A stretch of 64,000 nucleotides of DNA from Amaricoccus sp. (GCA_048594665.1 JBMDWT010000033.1:48094-112093); one strand, 5' to 3'; shown: positions 1 through 10,210, numbered from the stretch's first letter. Program-made: numbers and translations. The notes: generated by a model not told the origin, from the sequence alone.

Positions 1-141
1 CGATCCGGGGCTAGGGCATCTTCGGCGAAAGTGTATTCGGTTTCGCAATTCGAAAATGCGCAATATCAAACAGCCAGAGGGATTTTCATGAAGCGGAGAT
101 CATGGAAATCCCTCTGAGTCCCCCCCGGGCGTTTGAAGGGA

Positions 142-639
142 TCAGGCCAGCGCCTGAACCCCGCGATTGCGGTTCCAGACGGAAAAGTTCAGCGCCGAGG
201 CATAGGATACCCAGACCAGATAGGGCAGCATCAGATATGCCGCGAAATGGGACACCTGCCAGAAGGCAAGAATCGTCAGCGCGATGGCGAGCCAGAGGAA
301 CAGGATCACCACCAATGCCGAGCCGAGCTGGCGCAGGCCGAAGAACACCGGGCTCCAGAGGGCATTGAGAACCATCTGCCAGCTCCAGAGTGCAACGGCG
401 GGCAGGGTCCAGATCGAACTGGTCATCGAAACCCACCAGACTGCGATGGCCATCAGGATATAGAGCAAGGTCCAGGCGATGGGGAAGAGCCAGTCGGGCG
501 GGGTCCAGACCGGCTTGGACAGGGTCCGGTACCAGGGCCCGGGCTTGAAGAACGCCCCGGTCGCAGCCGCGCTGAAGGTCGCGGCCATATAAGCCAGCAG
601 CGCGAACCAGACCGGCGCGCTTGAATTCATCCAGGCCAT
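142..639 (-). CDS. tspO: TspO/MBR tryptophan-rich sensory protein
   Basis: WYRTLSKPVWTPPDWLFPIAWTLLY and LNALWSPVFFG motifs, several TM segments; ATG at 639 preceded by GAGGGAGAG. Confidence 0.92.
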   Translation of the reverse strand: MAWMNSSAPVWFALLAYMAATFSAAATGAFFKPGPWYRTLSKPVWTPPDWLFPIAWTLLYILMAIAVWWVSMTSSIWTLPAVALWSWQMVLNALWSPVFFGLRQLGSALVVILFLWLAIALTILAFWQVSHFAAYLMLPYLVWVSYASALNFSVWNRNRGVQALA

Positions 640-714
640 TATTCTCTCCCTCGGATCTTCCTGAAGCAAATGACCGGTCGGGGGGAAATGTCAAATGACT
701 CTCCCGGTGCTCCG

Positions 715-730
715 CTAACGTCTCGGTAAC
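715..730 (+). promoter_or_regulatory. Possible CtrA-type site (CTAA-N7-GTAAC) upstream of the SLT-flhA operon
   Basis: Matches TTAA-N7-TTAAC with 2 mismatches and sits directly before a TTGACT -35-like hexamer; CtrA control of alphaproteobacterial flagellar genes is established, this site is inferred. Confidence 0.35.
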
Positions 731-780
731 CTTGACTGCCTAGAGCTTGCGGATACGGCGGTTCGAGGAGAGGCCTTGCG

Positions 781-1587
781 ATGACGCCCCGGCTCAGAAC
801 AGTGCCACTCATCCTGATGGTGCTCCTGTCGTCCCTTGTCCCGGCGATGGGGCAGGATATGGACGATGCCGATGCCACGCGCTGCGAGCAGGCGATTGCC
901 AATGCCGCGCGCCGGGGCGGTGTGCCGCCGGATGTCCTGCTCGCCGTCGCCCTGACCGAGACGGGCCGCAGGTCAGAGGGGCGATTGCGTCCCTGGCCCT
1001 GGGCGATCAATCGCGAGGGCAAGGGCTACTGGTTCAAGACCGAGGAAGAGGCGCTTGCCTTCGGCAAGGAGAGCTTGGCCGCCGGCCGGACAAGTTTCGA
1101 CGTCGGTTGCGTCCAGATCAATTACCGCTGGCATGGCCGTGCCTTCCCCTCGCTCGAACAGATGTTCAATCCCGAATATACGGCGACCTACGCGGCGCAG
1201 TTCATCCGCAATCTCTATGAGGAGCGCGGCAACTGGTCGGAGGCCGCCGGCGCCTATCATTCCCTGACGCCCGACAAGGCCGCGATCTACCGAAAGCGCT
1301 TCGACCAGGTGCTGGCGGAGCTGGAACCGGGCACGCTGCCTGACCCCGAAACACTGGTGGCCACGGCGACGCCGATCGATCGGCTGAGCACCCGACAGGA
1401 ACGGCGCGAGGCTCAGCGGTTGGAACTGGCAACGCGGATCGCCAGCGCGGGGCCGCCGCCGGATCCGATCATGGGGTCGGTCGCGGCGGTGCCGACCCGA
1501 CCGGCCGGTGCCCTGTTGATTCAGGGCAACCCGTTGCTGACCCCCGGGAAACCGATGTTCTCCGCTCCCAAAGGGGGATTGTTCTGA
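781..1587 (+). CDS. Flagellar-associated lytic transglycosylase (SLT domain)
   Basis: Signal peptide; AVALTETG catalytic Glu, FDVGCVQINYRWH, AAGAYHS motifs; stop overlaps the flhA start. Confidence 0.88.
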   Translation: MTPRLRTVPLILMVLLSSLVPAMGQDMDDADATRCEQAIANAARRGGVPPDVLLAVALTETGRRSEGRLRPWPWAINREGKGYWFKTEEEALAFGKESLAAGRTSFDVGCVQINYRWHGRAFPSLEQMFNPEYTATYAAQFIRNLYEERGNWSEAAGAYHSLTPDKAAIYRKRFDQVLAELEPGTLPDPETLVATATPIDRLSTRQERREAQRLELATRIASAGPPPDPIMGSVAAVPTRPAGALLIQGNPLLTPGKPMFSAPKGGLF

Positions 1588-3683
1588 TGCAGGCTGCAAT
1601 GACCAATCAGTTGAACATGCGGGCAGTCTTTCACCCGACCGTTCTGCTTGCGATGGCGCTCATGGCCGTCATCGCGATGATGATCCTGCCGATGCCCATC
1701 TGGGTGCTCGACATGGGGCTCGCGGCTTCGTTCGCGATCGCGATCCTGATCTTCACCATCACGCTCTTCATCCAGCGCCCGCTCGATTTTTCGTCGTTCC
1801 CGACGATCCTGCTGGCGAGCCTGATGCTGCGCCTGTCGCTCAACGTCTCCTCGACCAAGCTGATCATCGGCCAGGGTTACAAGGGTACCGACGCGGCTGG
1901 CCACGTGATCGAGGGCTTTGCCAATTTCATCATGGGCGGCTCGGTGTTTCTCGGGCTTGTGGTGTTCGGTGTTCTCCTGATCGTCAACTTCATCGTCATC
2001 ACCAAGGGCGCCGGTCGCATGGCCGAGGTCAGCGCCCGCTTCGCCCTCGATGCCATGCCCGGCAAGCAGCTTGCCATTGACAGCGACATGGCCGCCGGGG
2101 CGATCACCCACGAACAGGCGCGCGAGCGGCGGCGGATCGAGCAGGAGGAAACCACCTTCTTCGGTTCGCTCGACGGCGCCTCGAAATTCGTCAAGGGCGA
2201 CGCGGTGGCTGGCCTGCTGATCACGCTCCTGAACCTGGTCGTCGGCCTGGCGATGGGGGTCTTCGTCCATGGGATGCCGGTCGGCGATGCCTTCGAGACC
2301 TATTCGATCCTGACGGTTGGCGATGGTCTGGTGACCCAGATTCCGGCTGTGATCATTTCCATCGCCAGCGCCATGCTGCTCTCAAAGGGTGGGGCGGTCG
2401 GCTCCACCGACCGCGCCCTGATCAAGCAGCTCGGCGGCTATCCGGTGGCGCTGGCCACGGTGGCGGTGCTGATGGCGTTCTTCGCCTTCGTGCCTGGCCT
2501 CCCCTTCATTCCCTTCATCATTGGCGCGGGATGCCTTGGCGGGGCGGCCTGGGTCTCACAGAACACGATGAAAAAGGAGGCCGCCGAGCAGGCCAAGCCG
2601 GAGGAGCAGGCGGCCCAGGCCCCGAAAAAGACCCTCGGCGATCTTCTCGATGTCGACGAAATCCACATGGAATTCGCGCCGAATCTGGTGCCGGTGGTGA
2701 TGGACGCGGCGACCGGCCTTGATGCGCGGATCCTGAACATGCGCAATCATATCGCCCAGTCCTTCGGCCTGATCATGCCCGAGATTCGCCTGACGGATAA
2801 TCCTGGCCTGTCCCCCGGCACCTATTGTATCCGCATCCAGGGTGTGGAGGCCGCGCGGAGCCGGATCGAAACGGATCAGGTTCTGGTCCTTCTGCATGAC
2901 GAAACCACGCCGGCGCCGGAGGGCCGCAGCGTCGCCGAGCCGGTCTATGGCGCTCCCGCCCGCTGGATCGCGAGCAACCTCCAGGAGGAGGCGGCGCTGA
3001 TGGGGCTTAATGTCATCACCCCGACGGAAGTGGTGGCGACCCATCTCATGGAGATCGTGAAGCAGAATTTCGGGCGCCTGTTCAACCGCCGGGCCCTGCG
3101 TAAGCTGCTCGACGAGTTCGTGACTCTCTCGGACACCAAGCGGGCCGAGGCCAACCGGCGTATGATCGACGATTTCATTCCGGACAAGTTTCCCATCGAC
3201 AGTCTGCAGGCGGTTCTGAGGCTGCTCCTGGAGGAGAGGGTATCGATCCGGAACCTTCCCCTGATTTTCGAGGCCATCGCCGAGGTTTATGCTCCACAGA
3301 ACAGCCCGGCGGTGATCTGTGAGCATGTGCGTCACCGCCTGGGCTTCCAGCTCGTTTCCGAGGTTCAGGAGGCGGACGGCGCCCTGCCTCTGATCCAGCT
3401 CTCACCCTCCTGGGAGGAGATGTTCCAGAAATACCAGTTGCCGGAAGGCTCAGGGATCGTCGATGTCGCCCTGCCACCGGGGGAATTCAACCGGCTGGCC
3501 AATGCGATCGCCGAGAAGATCGCCAAGGCCGGGGCACAGGGGCGCTATCCGGCGGTGGTGACATCGACCAAGCGGCGGCGATTCCTCCATACGGTGCTGA
3601 GCGCCAAGGGCATCCGCAACCCCGTGCTCAGTTTCGAGGAAATCGGCACGACGGCGCGCCCGGCCGTGCTCGGACTCGCATGA
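1587..3683 (+). CDS. flhA: Flagellar export apparatus protein FlhA
   Basis: FHIPEP motifs RFALDAMPGKQLAIDSD, GSLDGASKFVKGDA, GDGLVTQIPA; 698 aa. Confidence 0.97.
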   Translation: MQAAMTNQLNMRAVFHPTVLLAMALMAVIAMMILPMPIWVLDMGLAASFAIAILIFTITLFIQRPLDFSSFPTILLASLMLRLSLNVSSTKLIIGQGYKGTDAAGHVIEGFANFIMGGSVFLGLVVFGVLLIVNFIVITKGAGRMAEVSARFALDAMPGKQLAIDSDMAAGAITHEQARERRRIEQEETTFFGSLDGASKFVKGDAVAGLLITLLNLVVGLAMGVFVHGMPVGDAFETYSILTVGDGLVTQIPAVIISIASAMLLSKGGAVGSTDRALIKQLGGYPVALATVAVLMAFFAFVPGLPFIPFIIGAGCLGGAAWVSQNTMKKEAAEQAKPEEQAAQAPKKTLGDLLDVDEIHMEFAPNLVPVVMDAATGLDARILNMRNHIAQSFGLIMPEIRLTDNPGLSPGTYCIRIQGVEAARSRIETDQVLVLLHDETTPAPEGRSVAEPVYGAPARWIASNLQEEAALMGLNVITPTEVVATHLMEIVKQNFGRLFNRRALRKLLDEFVTLSDTKRAEANRRMIDDFIPDKFPIDSLQAVLRLLLEERVSIRNLPLIFEAIAEVYAPQNSPAVICEHVRHRLGFQLVSEVQEADGALPLIQLSPSWEEMFQKYQLPEGSGIVDVALPPGEFNRLANAIAEKIAKAGAQGRYPAVVTSTKRRRFLHTVLSAKGIRNPVLSFEEIGTTARPAVLGLA

Positions 3684-4459
3684 TCCAAGGACTCGCCGCC
3701 CTGCTCGACAGGAGCGAAGCCGGTTTCTTCGTGGCGATCATGGTCTTCACGCGGGTGGGCGCGATCGTCGCCCTCTTGCCCGGATTTGGCGAACAGATGA
3801 TCCCGGCGCGGGTGCGGCTCGGGATCACGGTGGCTTTTACCATGGTGGTCTGGCCGATGGTCCTCGCACAGGCCCCGGCGGCCGAGGCCGGGCGCGACAT
3901 GCTCCGGATGATGCTGATAGAGGCGGCGATCGGCCTGTTGCTGGGCCTTTCGATCCGGCTGATGGTGTTTGCCCTGCAATTCGCAGGTTCGGTCATTGCG
4001 CAATCCACCGCCCTGACCCAGATTTTTGGCGCCGGGGTCGCACCGGATCCGATGCCCGCCATCGGCAGCATCCTGATGCTGACCGGTGTTACCCTCGCCG
4101 TCGCCGCCGGCCTGCATGTCAAGGTTGCGATCCTCATGGCGCGATCCTACGAGATCCTGCCGATGGGTCTGATGCCGGCCGGGTCGGACGTCGCCGCCTG
4201 GGCCACGGAGCGGATCGCCTCGGCCTTTGCCCTGGGCTTTTCGTTGTCGGCGCCGTTCGTGATCGCGGCCTTTGCCTATAACCTCGCGCTCGGGGCCATC
4301 AACCGCGCGATGCCGCAGCTCATGGTCGCCTTTATCGGCGCGCCCGCGATCACGGCGGGCGGGCTTCTGCTTCTGATCCTGGCCTCCCCCGTGATGCTGC
4401 ACTACTGGCAGGGCAGGCTCGATGCCACGCTCGCGGACCCCCTGAGTGTCCTGCGATGA
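3680..4459 (+). CDS. fliR: Flagellar export protein FliR
   Basis: Hydrophobic 259 aa, LPGFGEQMIPARVR, INRAMPQLMVAFIG; between flhA and flhB. Confidence 0.93.
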   Translation: MIQGLAALLDRSEAGFFVAIMVFTRVGAIVALLPGFGEQMIPARVRLGITVAFTMVVWPMVLAQAPAAEAGRDMLRMMLIEAAIGLLLGLSIRLMVFALQFAGSVIAQSTALTQIFGAGVAPDPMPAIGSILMLTGVTLAVAAGLHVKVAILMARSYEILPMGLMPAGSDVAAWATERIASAFALGFSLSAPFVIAAFAYNLALGAINRAMPQLMVAFIGAPAITAGGLLLLILASPVMLHYWQGRLDATLADPLSVLR

Positions 4460-5544
4460 GCAGTGAAGGCGACAGCGGCGAAAAGGTATTCGACCCAACG
4501 CCCCAGAAGCTGCTTGAGGCCCGGCGTCGGGGCGATGTGCCAAGGTCGATGGATGTCAGCGCGGCGCTCGCCTATCTCGCGCTGCTGATCGCGATCGGCG
4601 CAGGGGGGGCCTACGCGGTGCGAACGGCGGGCACCCCCTTGGTGGCTTTGATCGCCCAGCCAGACCGGCTGGCGCACCTGTTCCTGGGGCCGGGCGGTCC
4701 CGGCCTTTCCGCCACCTGGATCGGCGATGTGATGGTCGGACTGTCGCCGATCTTCCTTTTCCCCCTGCTCGCGGTGCTGATCGGCCTCCTCGCCCAACGG
4801 GCGGTCGTTTTTTCCGGCGAGAAACTGATGCCGAAACTGTCGCGGCTGTCGATGCTGGTGGCGGCGAAGAACAAGTTCGGTCCCTCGGGCCTGGTCGAGT
4901 TCGGCAAGTCGACGCTCAAACTCGTGGCCATCGCGATTGCCCTGTTTGTCTATCTGTCGCGCGAGCTGGACAAGATGATCGGCGCGGCGACCATGGACGC
5001 CGGTGAAGTGCCGTCGCTGATGATGAAAACGCTCTATATGCTGCTCGCGATCACCACTGTGATCTCGATCGTGATCGCCAGCGCCGATGTCCTGTGGCAG
5101 CGATTCAATCATGCCCGGAAATTGCGTATGTCGCTTCAGGATATGCGAGACGAGCACAAGCATCTTGAAGGCGATCCGCATGCGAAGAGTCTCCGTCGTC
5201 AGCGGGGCCAGGAAATCGCGATGAACCGGATGCTGCTCGATGTTCCCAAGGCGGATGTGATCATCGTCAACCCAACCCACTACGCCGTTGCCTTGAAATG
5301 GAGCCGGGCGCGGGGAAGCGCGCCGGTCTGTGTTGCCAAGGGCGAGGACGAGATCGCCCTGCGCATCCGCGAGATCGCGGAAACGGCGCGGATCCCGATC
5401 CACAGCGATCCTCCCACCGCGAGGGCGCTCAATGCCACCGTGGAAATCGGGCAGGAAATCCGGCCCGAGCATTACAAGCCGGTGGCCGCGGCCGTCCGGT
5501 TCGCCGACCGGATTCGCCGGGCCAGCAAGGAAAGGGGCGTGTGA
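4456..5544 (+). CDS. flhB: Flagellar export protein FlhB
   Basis: EKVFDPTPQKL N-terminus, NPTH autocleavage motif (IVNPTHYAVALKW), EGDP. Confidence 0.96.
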   Translation: MSSEGDSGEKVFDPTPQKLLEARRRGDVPRSMDVSAALAYLALLIAIGAGGAYAVRTAGTPLVALIAQPDRLAHLFLGPGGPGLSATWIGDVMVGLSPIFLFPLLAVLIGLLAQRAVVFSGEKLMPKLSRLSMLVAAKNKFGPSGLVEFGKSTLKLVAIAIALFVYLSRELDKMIGAATMDAGEVPSLMMKTLYMLLAITTVISIVIASADVLWQRFNHARKLRMSLQDMRDEHKHLEGDPHAKSLRRQRGQEIAMNRMLLDVPKADVIIVNPTHYAVALKWSRARGSAPVCVAKGEDEIALRIREIAETARIPIHSDPPTARALNATVEIGQEIRPEHYKPVAAAVRFADRIRRASKERGV

Positions 5545-5960
5545 TGCAACGCGACAAGATGGAAATCCTGGTGCGGCTGGCCGAGGCCCGCAAGACCGGG
5601 GCGCTGGCGCGTCTGGAAATCCTGATGGCGCAGGTCCGCGCCTGCGAGGCGGAGATCATCGACGCCGAACAGACCTTCGCCCGGGATTTCGCGGAACAGC
5701 AGGAAACACCCATGGCCCAGCTCGCCCGCAGATCCGCCTGGGTGGACCAGAGGATCGCCCTGGCGCGGCGGCGGATCGCGGCGCTTGCCCCGGCCATCGC
5801 CGCGGCCCGAAGCGCGGCCATCCAGGGGCTGGGCAAGCACAAGGCGCTGGAGACCCTGGCCGAGAGAGCGGAACGCACGGAGCGCCAAGCCCTGGCGGCG
5901 CGCGTCGAGCGCGAAACTCCGCCACCGGACTCGGAAGGGGAGAAGCCCGGGCAAGATTGA
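5544..5960 (+). CDS. Coiled-coil protein, FliJ-like by size and position
   Basis: ATG at 5544 overlapping the flhB stop (GTGATG); ~138 aa Ala/Arg/Glu-rich helical sequence; part of track ORF 5298..5960. Confidence 0.55.
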   Translation: MQRDKMEILVRLAEARKTGALARLEILMAQVRACEAEIIDAEQTFARDFAEQQETPMAQLARRSAWVDQRIALARRRIAALAPAIAAARSAAIQGLGKHKALETLAERAERTERQALAARVERETPPPDSEGEKPGQD

Positions 5961-5983
5961 AAAGACTGAAAAGACTGAAAAGG
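5958..5983. repeat. 9-bp tandem repeat (TGAAAAGAC x ~2.8)
   Basis: tgaaaagac-tgaaaagac-tgaaaagg read directly; begins at the stop codon of the upstream gene. Confidence 0.8.
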
Positions 5984-6012
5984 CCGCTCTCCCCTTTGCC
6001 GGGAGAGCGGCC
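5982..6012. terminator. GC-rich hairpin between convergent genes, likely bidirectional terminator
   Basis: ggccgctctccc-ctttgcc-gggagagcggcc, perfect 12-bp stem; A-rich tract on the left gives a U-tract for minus-strand transcripts. Confidence 0.55.
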
Positions 6013-6035
6013 ATTCTCCCCCGGGGGGAGGGGAG

Positions 6036-6578
6036 TCAGGTGTCCTGACGGGCGATGTCGGTGATCAGGACTTCGGAAATCGGCGGCTCGGGAAGGGTGT
6101 TTTTCGCGGCCTCCAGAAGGCCGGATTTCAGGTCGCGCATCTTCTGGCCTGCGGTAAAGCTGCCATCGAAACCGCCCGAGTTGGCGTGACGGAACATCAC
6201 CTTGAGATAGGCATCGCGCAACAGCGGCTCCGCGGCCTTCACGGCGGATTCGGATTCCTTGCCAACCGCGTTCGACAGGGAAACAACCACCATCGCCACG
6301 ACCTTGTCATCCTTGAAGATCGGAATCACGAAGGGTTTTTCGAAGGCGACATAGATCTGCTCCTCCTCGCTTTTCCCATGTTCCCCTTCTTTCGCGGGCG
6401 CTTCGTAGGGATCGGCGGCGGCGGCCGGGTCGCAATGCTCGGTCGAGCCCTCCGGGCAGGCTGCCTTGGCCGCGTCATGGGGCTCCTCGACGGGCGGCGG
6501 GGGTTTCAGCATCAATCCGGCGCCGGCGCCGGCTCCCAGACCGACGAGCACGAGCACTATGGGTATGAGCAGTTTCAA
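6036..6578 (-). CDS. fliL: Flagellar basal body-associated FliL-like protein
   Basis: N-terminal TM helix, Pro/Glu linker, FEKPFVIPI and LLRDAYLKVM segment; follows flgH. Confidence 0.7.
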   Translation of the reverse strand: MKLLIPIVLVLVGLGAGAGAGLMLKPPPPVEEPHDAAKAACPEGSTEHCDPAAAADPYEAPAKEGEHGKSEEEQIYVAFEKPFVIPIFKDDKVVAMVVVSLSNAVGKESESAVKAAEPLLRDAYLKVMFRHANSGGFDGSFTAGQKMRDLKSGLLEAAKNTLPEPPISEVLITDIARQDT

Positions 6579-6588
6579 CGCGTTCTCC

Positions 6589-7320
6589 TCAATAGGGCAG
6601 GACGACGTCCGTCCCTTGTTGAACCAGCCGGGGCTGTTGCGCGCTGGTCAATTGTCCACGGCCGCCATAGGAAATGCGTGCGCCTGCGATCCGGTCATAA
6701 TCGACTTCGTTATAGCGCGAGATGTCGCCGGGCTGGACGATACCGGAGACCTGAAGATCGCGCAGTTCGTTGTTCAGCCGGACTTCCTGATCACCCTGGA
6801 TCACCAGTTGCCCATTGGGAAGCACTTCGACCACGGTGGCGGCGACCCGCAGCTGCAGCTTTTCGTTCCGTTTGGTCGAGCCATTGCCCTTGTATTGCGA
6901 ATCTCCTGACACATCGAGGGTGGGCGAGAGCATGTCCACCTTGAAGGGCAGGATCTTCTCCAGCCCGAAGGCCGCGTTGAGCCCTGCCTGTTCGCTGCCC
7001 GACCGGGTGCGGGTGGTGGTGTTCTTCATCTCGCCTTCATCGTCGATCGAAATATTGACGGTCAGAAGATCGCCGAGCTTGCTTGCCCGCTTGTCGCCCA
7101 GAAGACCGGTGGGGCCGGTGCTCCAGAGCGAGGCCTGCTGGTAATTGTACCGGGCCGCCTCGGGCGGCGGGACCGCCAGGGCGGCGCGCTCGGGCGTCAG
7201 GAGCGGCGGCGCATTCTCCGCGACCTTCCCGATGGTGGTCATTTCCGGAGGCTGGCCAATGCCACAGGCGGACAGGGCGCAGAACAGGGCCGGGAGCAGG
7301 CGCAAAGCACGGTTCATCAT
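6589..7320 (-). CDS. flgH: Flagellar L-ring lipoprotein FlgH
   Basis: Lipobox LSAC, DKRASKLGDLLTVNI, VLPNGQLVIQG, IAGARISYGGRG. Confidence 0.95.
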   Translation of the reverse strand: MMNRALRLLPALFCALSACGIGQPPEMTTIGKVAENAPPLLTPERAALAVPPPEAARYNYQQASLWSTGPTGLLGDKRASKLGDLLTVNISIDDEGEMKNTTTRTRSGSEQAGLNAAFGLEKILPFKVDMLSPTLDVSGDSQYKGNGSTKRNEKLQLRVAATVVEVLPNGQLVIQGDQEVRLNNELRDLQVSGIVQPGDISRYNEVDYDRIAGARISYGGRGQLTSAQQPRLVQQGTDVVLPY

Positions 7321-7739
7321 TTCACCTCGACGCTTCCATCGGCTGCCACGGCGCCGGTCACCGTTTGTTTGGAGGTCAGGTTCATGACCCGGACTGCTTC
7401 GCCCACCCCGGCGCGATCAAGCGCGCGCCCCTCCGCCGTGATCCGGAGCGGGCCCGAGACATACGTCATCCGCACCAGCTGATTGCGCTCGACCACGGCC
7501 GGGGCGCCGATCTGACTTTCGAGGATCGGCCGACCGGTATAGAGCGTGACTTTCGCCTCGCGGCCCACCGCCGCATTGATGTCGGTGAGGGCACCGGGAG
7601 TGGCTTCGTCCACCGTCGTGAGATCGGAGGCCACCAGCATCGTATGGACCCGGATGGGCCGGATGGGAACCACGGTCTGCGCGGCAACCTCGGCGGCGGA
7701 CAGCAGGGACAAGGCCAGGATTGTCGCGCGGATTTTCAT
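7317..7739 (-). CDS. flgA: P-ring assembly chaperone FlgA
   Basis: Signal peptide, SAF-like segment, AEGRALDRAGVGEAVRVMNLTSKQTV. Confidence 0.9.
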   Translation of the reverse strand: MKIRATILALSLLSAAEVAAQTVVPIRPIRVHTMLVASDLTTVDEATPGALTDINAAVGREAKVTLYTGRPILESQIGAPAVVERNQLVRMTYVSGPLRITAEGRALDRAGVGEAVRVMNLTSKQTVTGAVAADGSVEVK

Positions 7740-8524
7740 CAGCGGACCTGAACGGTCGCGGAGAGCATCTCGTCGGCGGCGGTGATCACCTTGGCGTTCA
7801 TCTCATAGCCGCGCTGGGCTTCGATGAGGCCGGTGATCTCGCGAACCGCGTCGACCGAGGAGCTTTCGAGATAACCCTGGCGGATCGTGCCGCGCCCGTC
7901 TTCTCCCGCCGCGCCCGGATTGGGCTGACCGGACGCCTCGGTTTCCTTGAACAGGTTGTTCCCCGTCGCTTCGAGTCCTTGCGCATTCACGAATGTGGTG
8001 AGGTTGAACTGGCCGAGCAACTGCGGCTGCACCTGGCCATTGAAATAGGCATAGACCTCGCCCGCCGAATTGATCGAGACTTCGGTGGCATCCTGCGGAA
8101 TGGTAATGTCCGGTGCGACCGGAAAGCCGTCGGAGGTCACGATCACCCCGTCCGGACTGCGCTTCAGCGCTCCGTCGCGAGTATAGGCTGTATCGCCGCT
8201 GGGCAGCGTCACCTCCAGATAACCGTCGCCCTCGATCGCGAGATCGAGAGATCCGCCGGTCTGCGTGAGCGAGCCCTGCCCCAGCTCCACCGCGACGGCG
8301 GAGGTCCGTACGCCGAGCCCGAGCTGGATGCCCGCCGGCAGGATCGTCCCGTCCGTCGAGTTGATCGTGCCCGGCCGTTCGACCTGCTGGTAATGCAGAT
8401 CGGTGAACTCGGCCCTGCGCGGGTTATAGGCGGTGGTGCTCATGTTCGAGAGGTTGTTCGAAATCACCTCGACCCGCTGCTGCTGCGCCGCCATGCCCGT
8501 CGCCGCGATATTCAGTGCACGCAT
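7739..8524 (-). CDS. flgG: Distal rod protein FlgG
   Basis: MRALNIAATGM...ISNNLSNMST, GYLESSSVD...LIEAQRGYEMNAK; 261 aa. Confidence 0.97.
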   Translation of the reverse strand: MRALNIAATGMAAQQQRVEVISNNLSNMSTTAYNPRRAEFTDLHYQQVERPGTINSTDGTILPAGIQLGLGVRTSAVAVELGQGSLTQTGGSLDLAIEGDGYLEVTLPSGDTAYTRDGALKRSPDGVIVTSDGFPVAPDITIPQDATEVSINSAGEVYAYFNGQVQPQLLGQFNLTTFVNAQGLEATGNNLFKETEASGQPNPGAAGEDGRGTIRQGYLESSSVDAVREITGLIEAQRGYEMNAKVITAADEMLSATVQVR

Positions 8525-8550
8525 CTTACTCTCCTTCCGATACCGGTGGC

Positions 8551-9273
8551 TCAGGCGTTCGTTCCGAGGACACGCACAACCTCGCGGATGCGCTCGTCCT
8601 CCTGGTCGAGCAGTTTCTGGCCGTATTCATAGGCACGCTGCACTTCGATCATGCGTGAGATTTCCCGAATGGGATTGACGTTGGACTGCTCGACAAAGCC
8701 TTGGAGCACCCGGCCATTCTCGACCGGCACCGTGCCGCCGTCCGAGCGGAAGAGCACACCGGCCTCGCGAAAGAGCTTGGTCTGGTCCTCGACCCGAACA
8801 ACGCCGATCTTGGCGAGGGGTGATCCGTCCACCGACATCGTGCCGTCGGTGGCGATGCCGATGCTCTTTGCCTCGGGTGGGATGGTGATGCTGCCACCGC
8901 CCTCGTCGAGCAGGAGATCTCCCTCGGCGTTGACGACATCGCCATTGTTGTTGCGCATGAAGGCACCGGCCCGGGTCAGGCGCTGACCCGCCGGGGTCTG
9001 GACCATAAAGAAGCCGTCGCCCTCGATCGCCATGTCCAGCCGGCCGTTGGTCTGCTGCAGCGATCCCTGCAACTCGTCGGTGTAGCGTGCCCGGGCATCG
9101 GTCATCGCGACGGAGCCGCCCTCCGCCGGCAGGGCCTTGACCTCCTCGGAGAACATGATGCCCTCGCGGCGGTAGCCCGTGGTCGAGGCATTGGCGATGT
9201 TGTTGGCAACGGACTGCATTTCCCGAAGCAGACCCGACTGGCGGCTCAGCGCGACATACCCTGCAAGATCCAT
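8551..9273 (-). CDS. flgF: Proximal rod protein FlgF
   Basis: VANNIANASTTGYR, LDMAIEGDGFF, GFVEQSNVN...MIEVQRAYE. Confidence 0.93.
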   Translation of the reverse strand: MDLAGYVALSRQSGLLREMQSVANNIANASTTGYRREGIMFSEEVKALPAEGGSVAMTDARARYTDELQGSLQQTNGRLDMAIEGDGFFMVQTPAGQRLTRAGAFMRNNNGDVVNAEGDLLLDEGGGSITIPPEAKSIGIATDGTMSVDGSPLAKIGVVRVEDQTKLFREAGVLFRSDGGTVPVENGRVLQGFVEQSNVNPIREISRMIEVQRAYEYGQKLLDQEDERIREVVRVLGTNA

Positions 9274-9488
9274 CTACTCACTCCAGCCTGCTGTGTGCTT
9301 CGCGCAACCCTTTGCGCTTGCCGGGAACAATGCGGGGGCCATGGTAAATAATTCCTCAAGGATGCTTGTAAAGAACCGGGCATTTTTCCGGGAGATATTA
9401 ACGAAACCAGAGGCGCATGATTTAACTCATGATTCCTCTGTTCACGATCATGTTGAACTCTGACTGAGAGATCAGATTGCGATTGTGA

Positions 9489-9755
9489 TCAACGCTGTGC
9501 GATCAGCGGGATGATTTCGTTCTGATAGAACTGCGTCAGCGTATGGCCGGAGAAGCTCATGGTTGCCCAGAAGACCACGAGAATCGCCCCCAGCTTGGGA
9601 ACGAAGGTCAGCGTCATTTCCTGAACCGAGGTCAGCGCCTGCACCAGACCGATCGCGAGACCCACGACCAGGGCCACCGCGAGGATCGGCGTCGACACCA
9701 TCAACGCCGTCCAGAGCGCGGAGCGCAGGATATCGAGGATCCCGGCTTCCGTCAT
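9489..9755 (-). CDS. fliQ: Flagellar export protein FliQ
   Basis: 88 aa from ATG 9755 (MTEAGILDILR), QALTSVQEMTLTFVPK motif. Confidence 0.95.
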   Translation of the reverse strand: MTEAGILDILRSALWTALMVSTPILAVALVVGLAIGLVQALTSVQEMTLTFVPKLGAILVVFWATMSFSGHTLTQFYQNEIIPLIAQR

Positions 9756-9783
9756 GGCGCGCCGGTCCCCCCTGATGGCTGGG

Positions 9784-10077
9784 TCAAACCGGCATCCGCA
9801 GGATTTCCTGATAGGCTTCCACAACCTTGTCGCGCACCGCCACCGCCGTCTGGACGGCGAATTCCGTCGCGGCCAGCGCCTCGACGACGGCCTGCGGATC
9901 AGCGCGCCCCGCCAGACCCGCCTTCACCGTTTCCTCGCCGGAGCGCATTGTCTCCATGAAATCGCTGGCGGCCGACCGGAAGGCGGCCCCGGCGGTCTGG
10001 CCGGGAACCTCGGCGGGACGCGCGGCGGTCTGGGTTTGCGAATAGAGCTGGGACGCCAGGGTGGAACGTATATCCAT
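9784..10077 (-). CDS. fliE: Hook-basal body protein FliE
   Basis: C-terminal VAVRDKVVEAYQEILRMPV. Confidence 0.95.
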   Translation of the reverse strand: MDIRSTLASQLYSQTQTAARPAEVPGQTAGAAFRSAASDFMETMRSGEETVKAGLAGRADPQAVVEALAATEFAVQTAVAVRDKVVEAYQEILRMPV

Positions 10078-10210
10078 AGTTCATCGGCCTTTCCGAGGGC
10101 GATTTCAGGTCAGGTGAACTCACCTGCCGATCAAGAATCGCGACAAAGCAACGTTACAGAGCGGGCGATCCGATGCTCGGACCGGAGACCGCTCCGGGAA
10201 CAGGGAAATT

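Noticed and set aside
142-639. tspO as a sign of a photosynthesis gene cluster
   Set aside because: No crt, bch or puf genes nearby; TspO is common in non-phototrophs.
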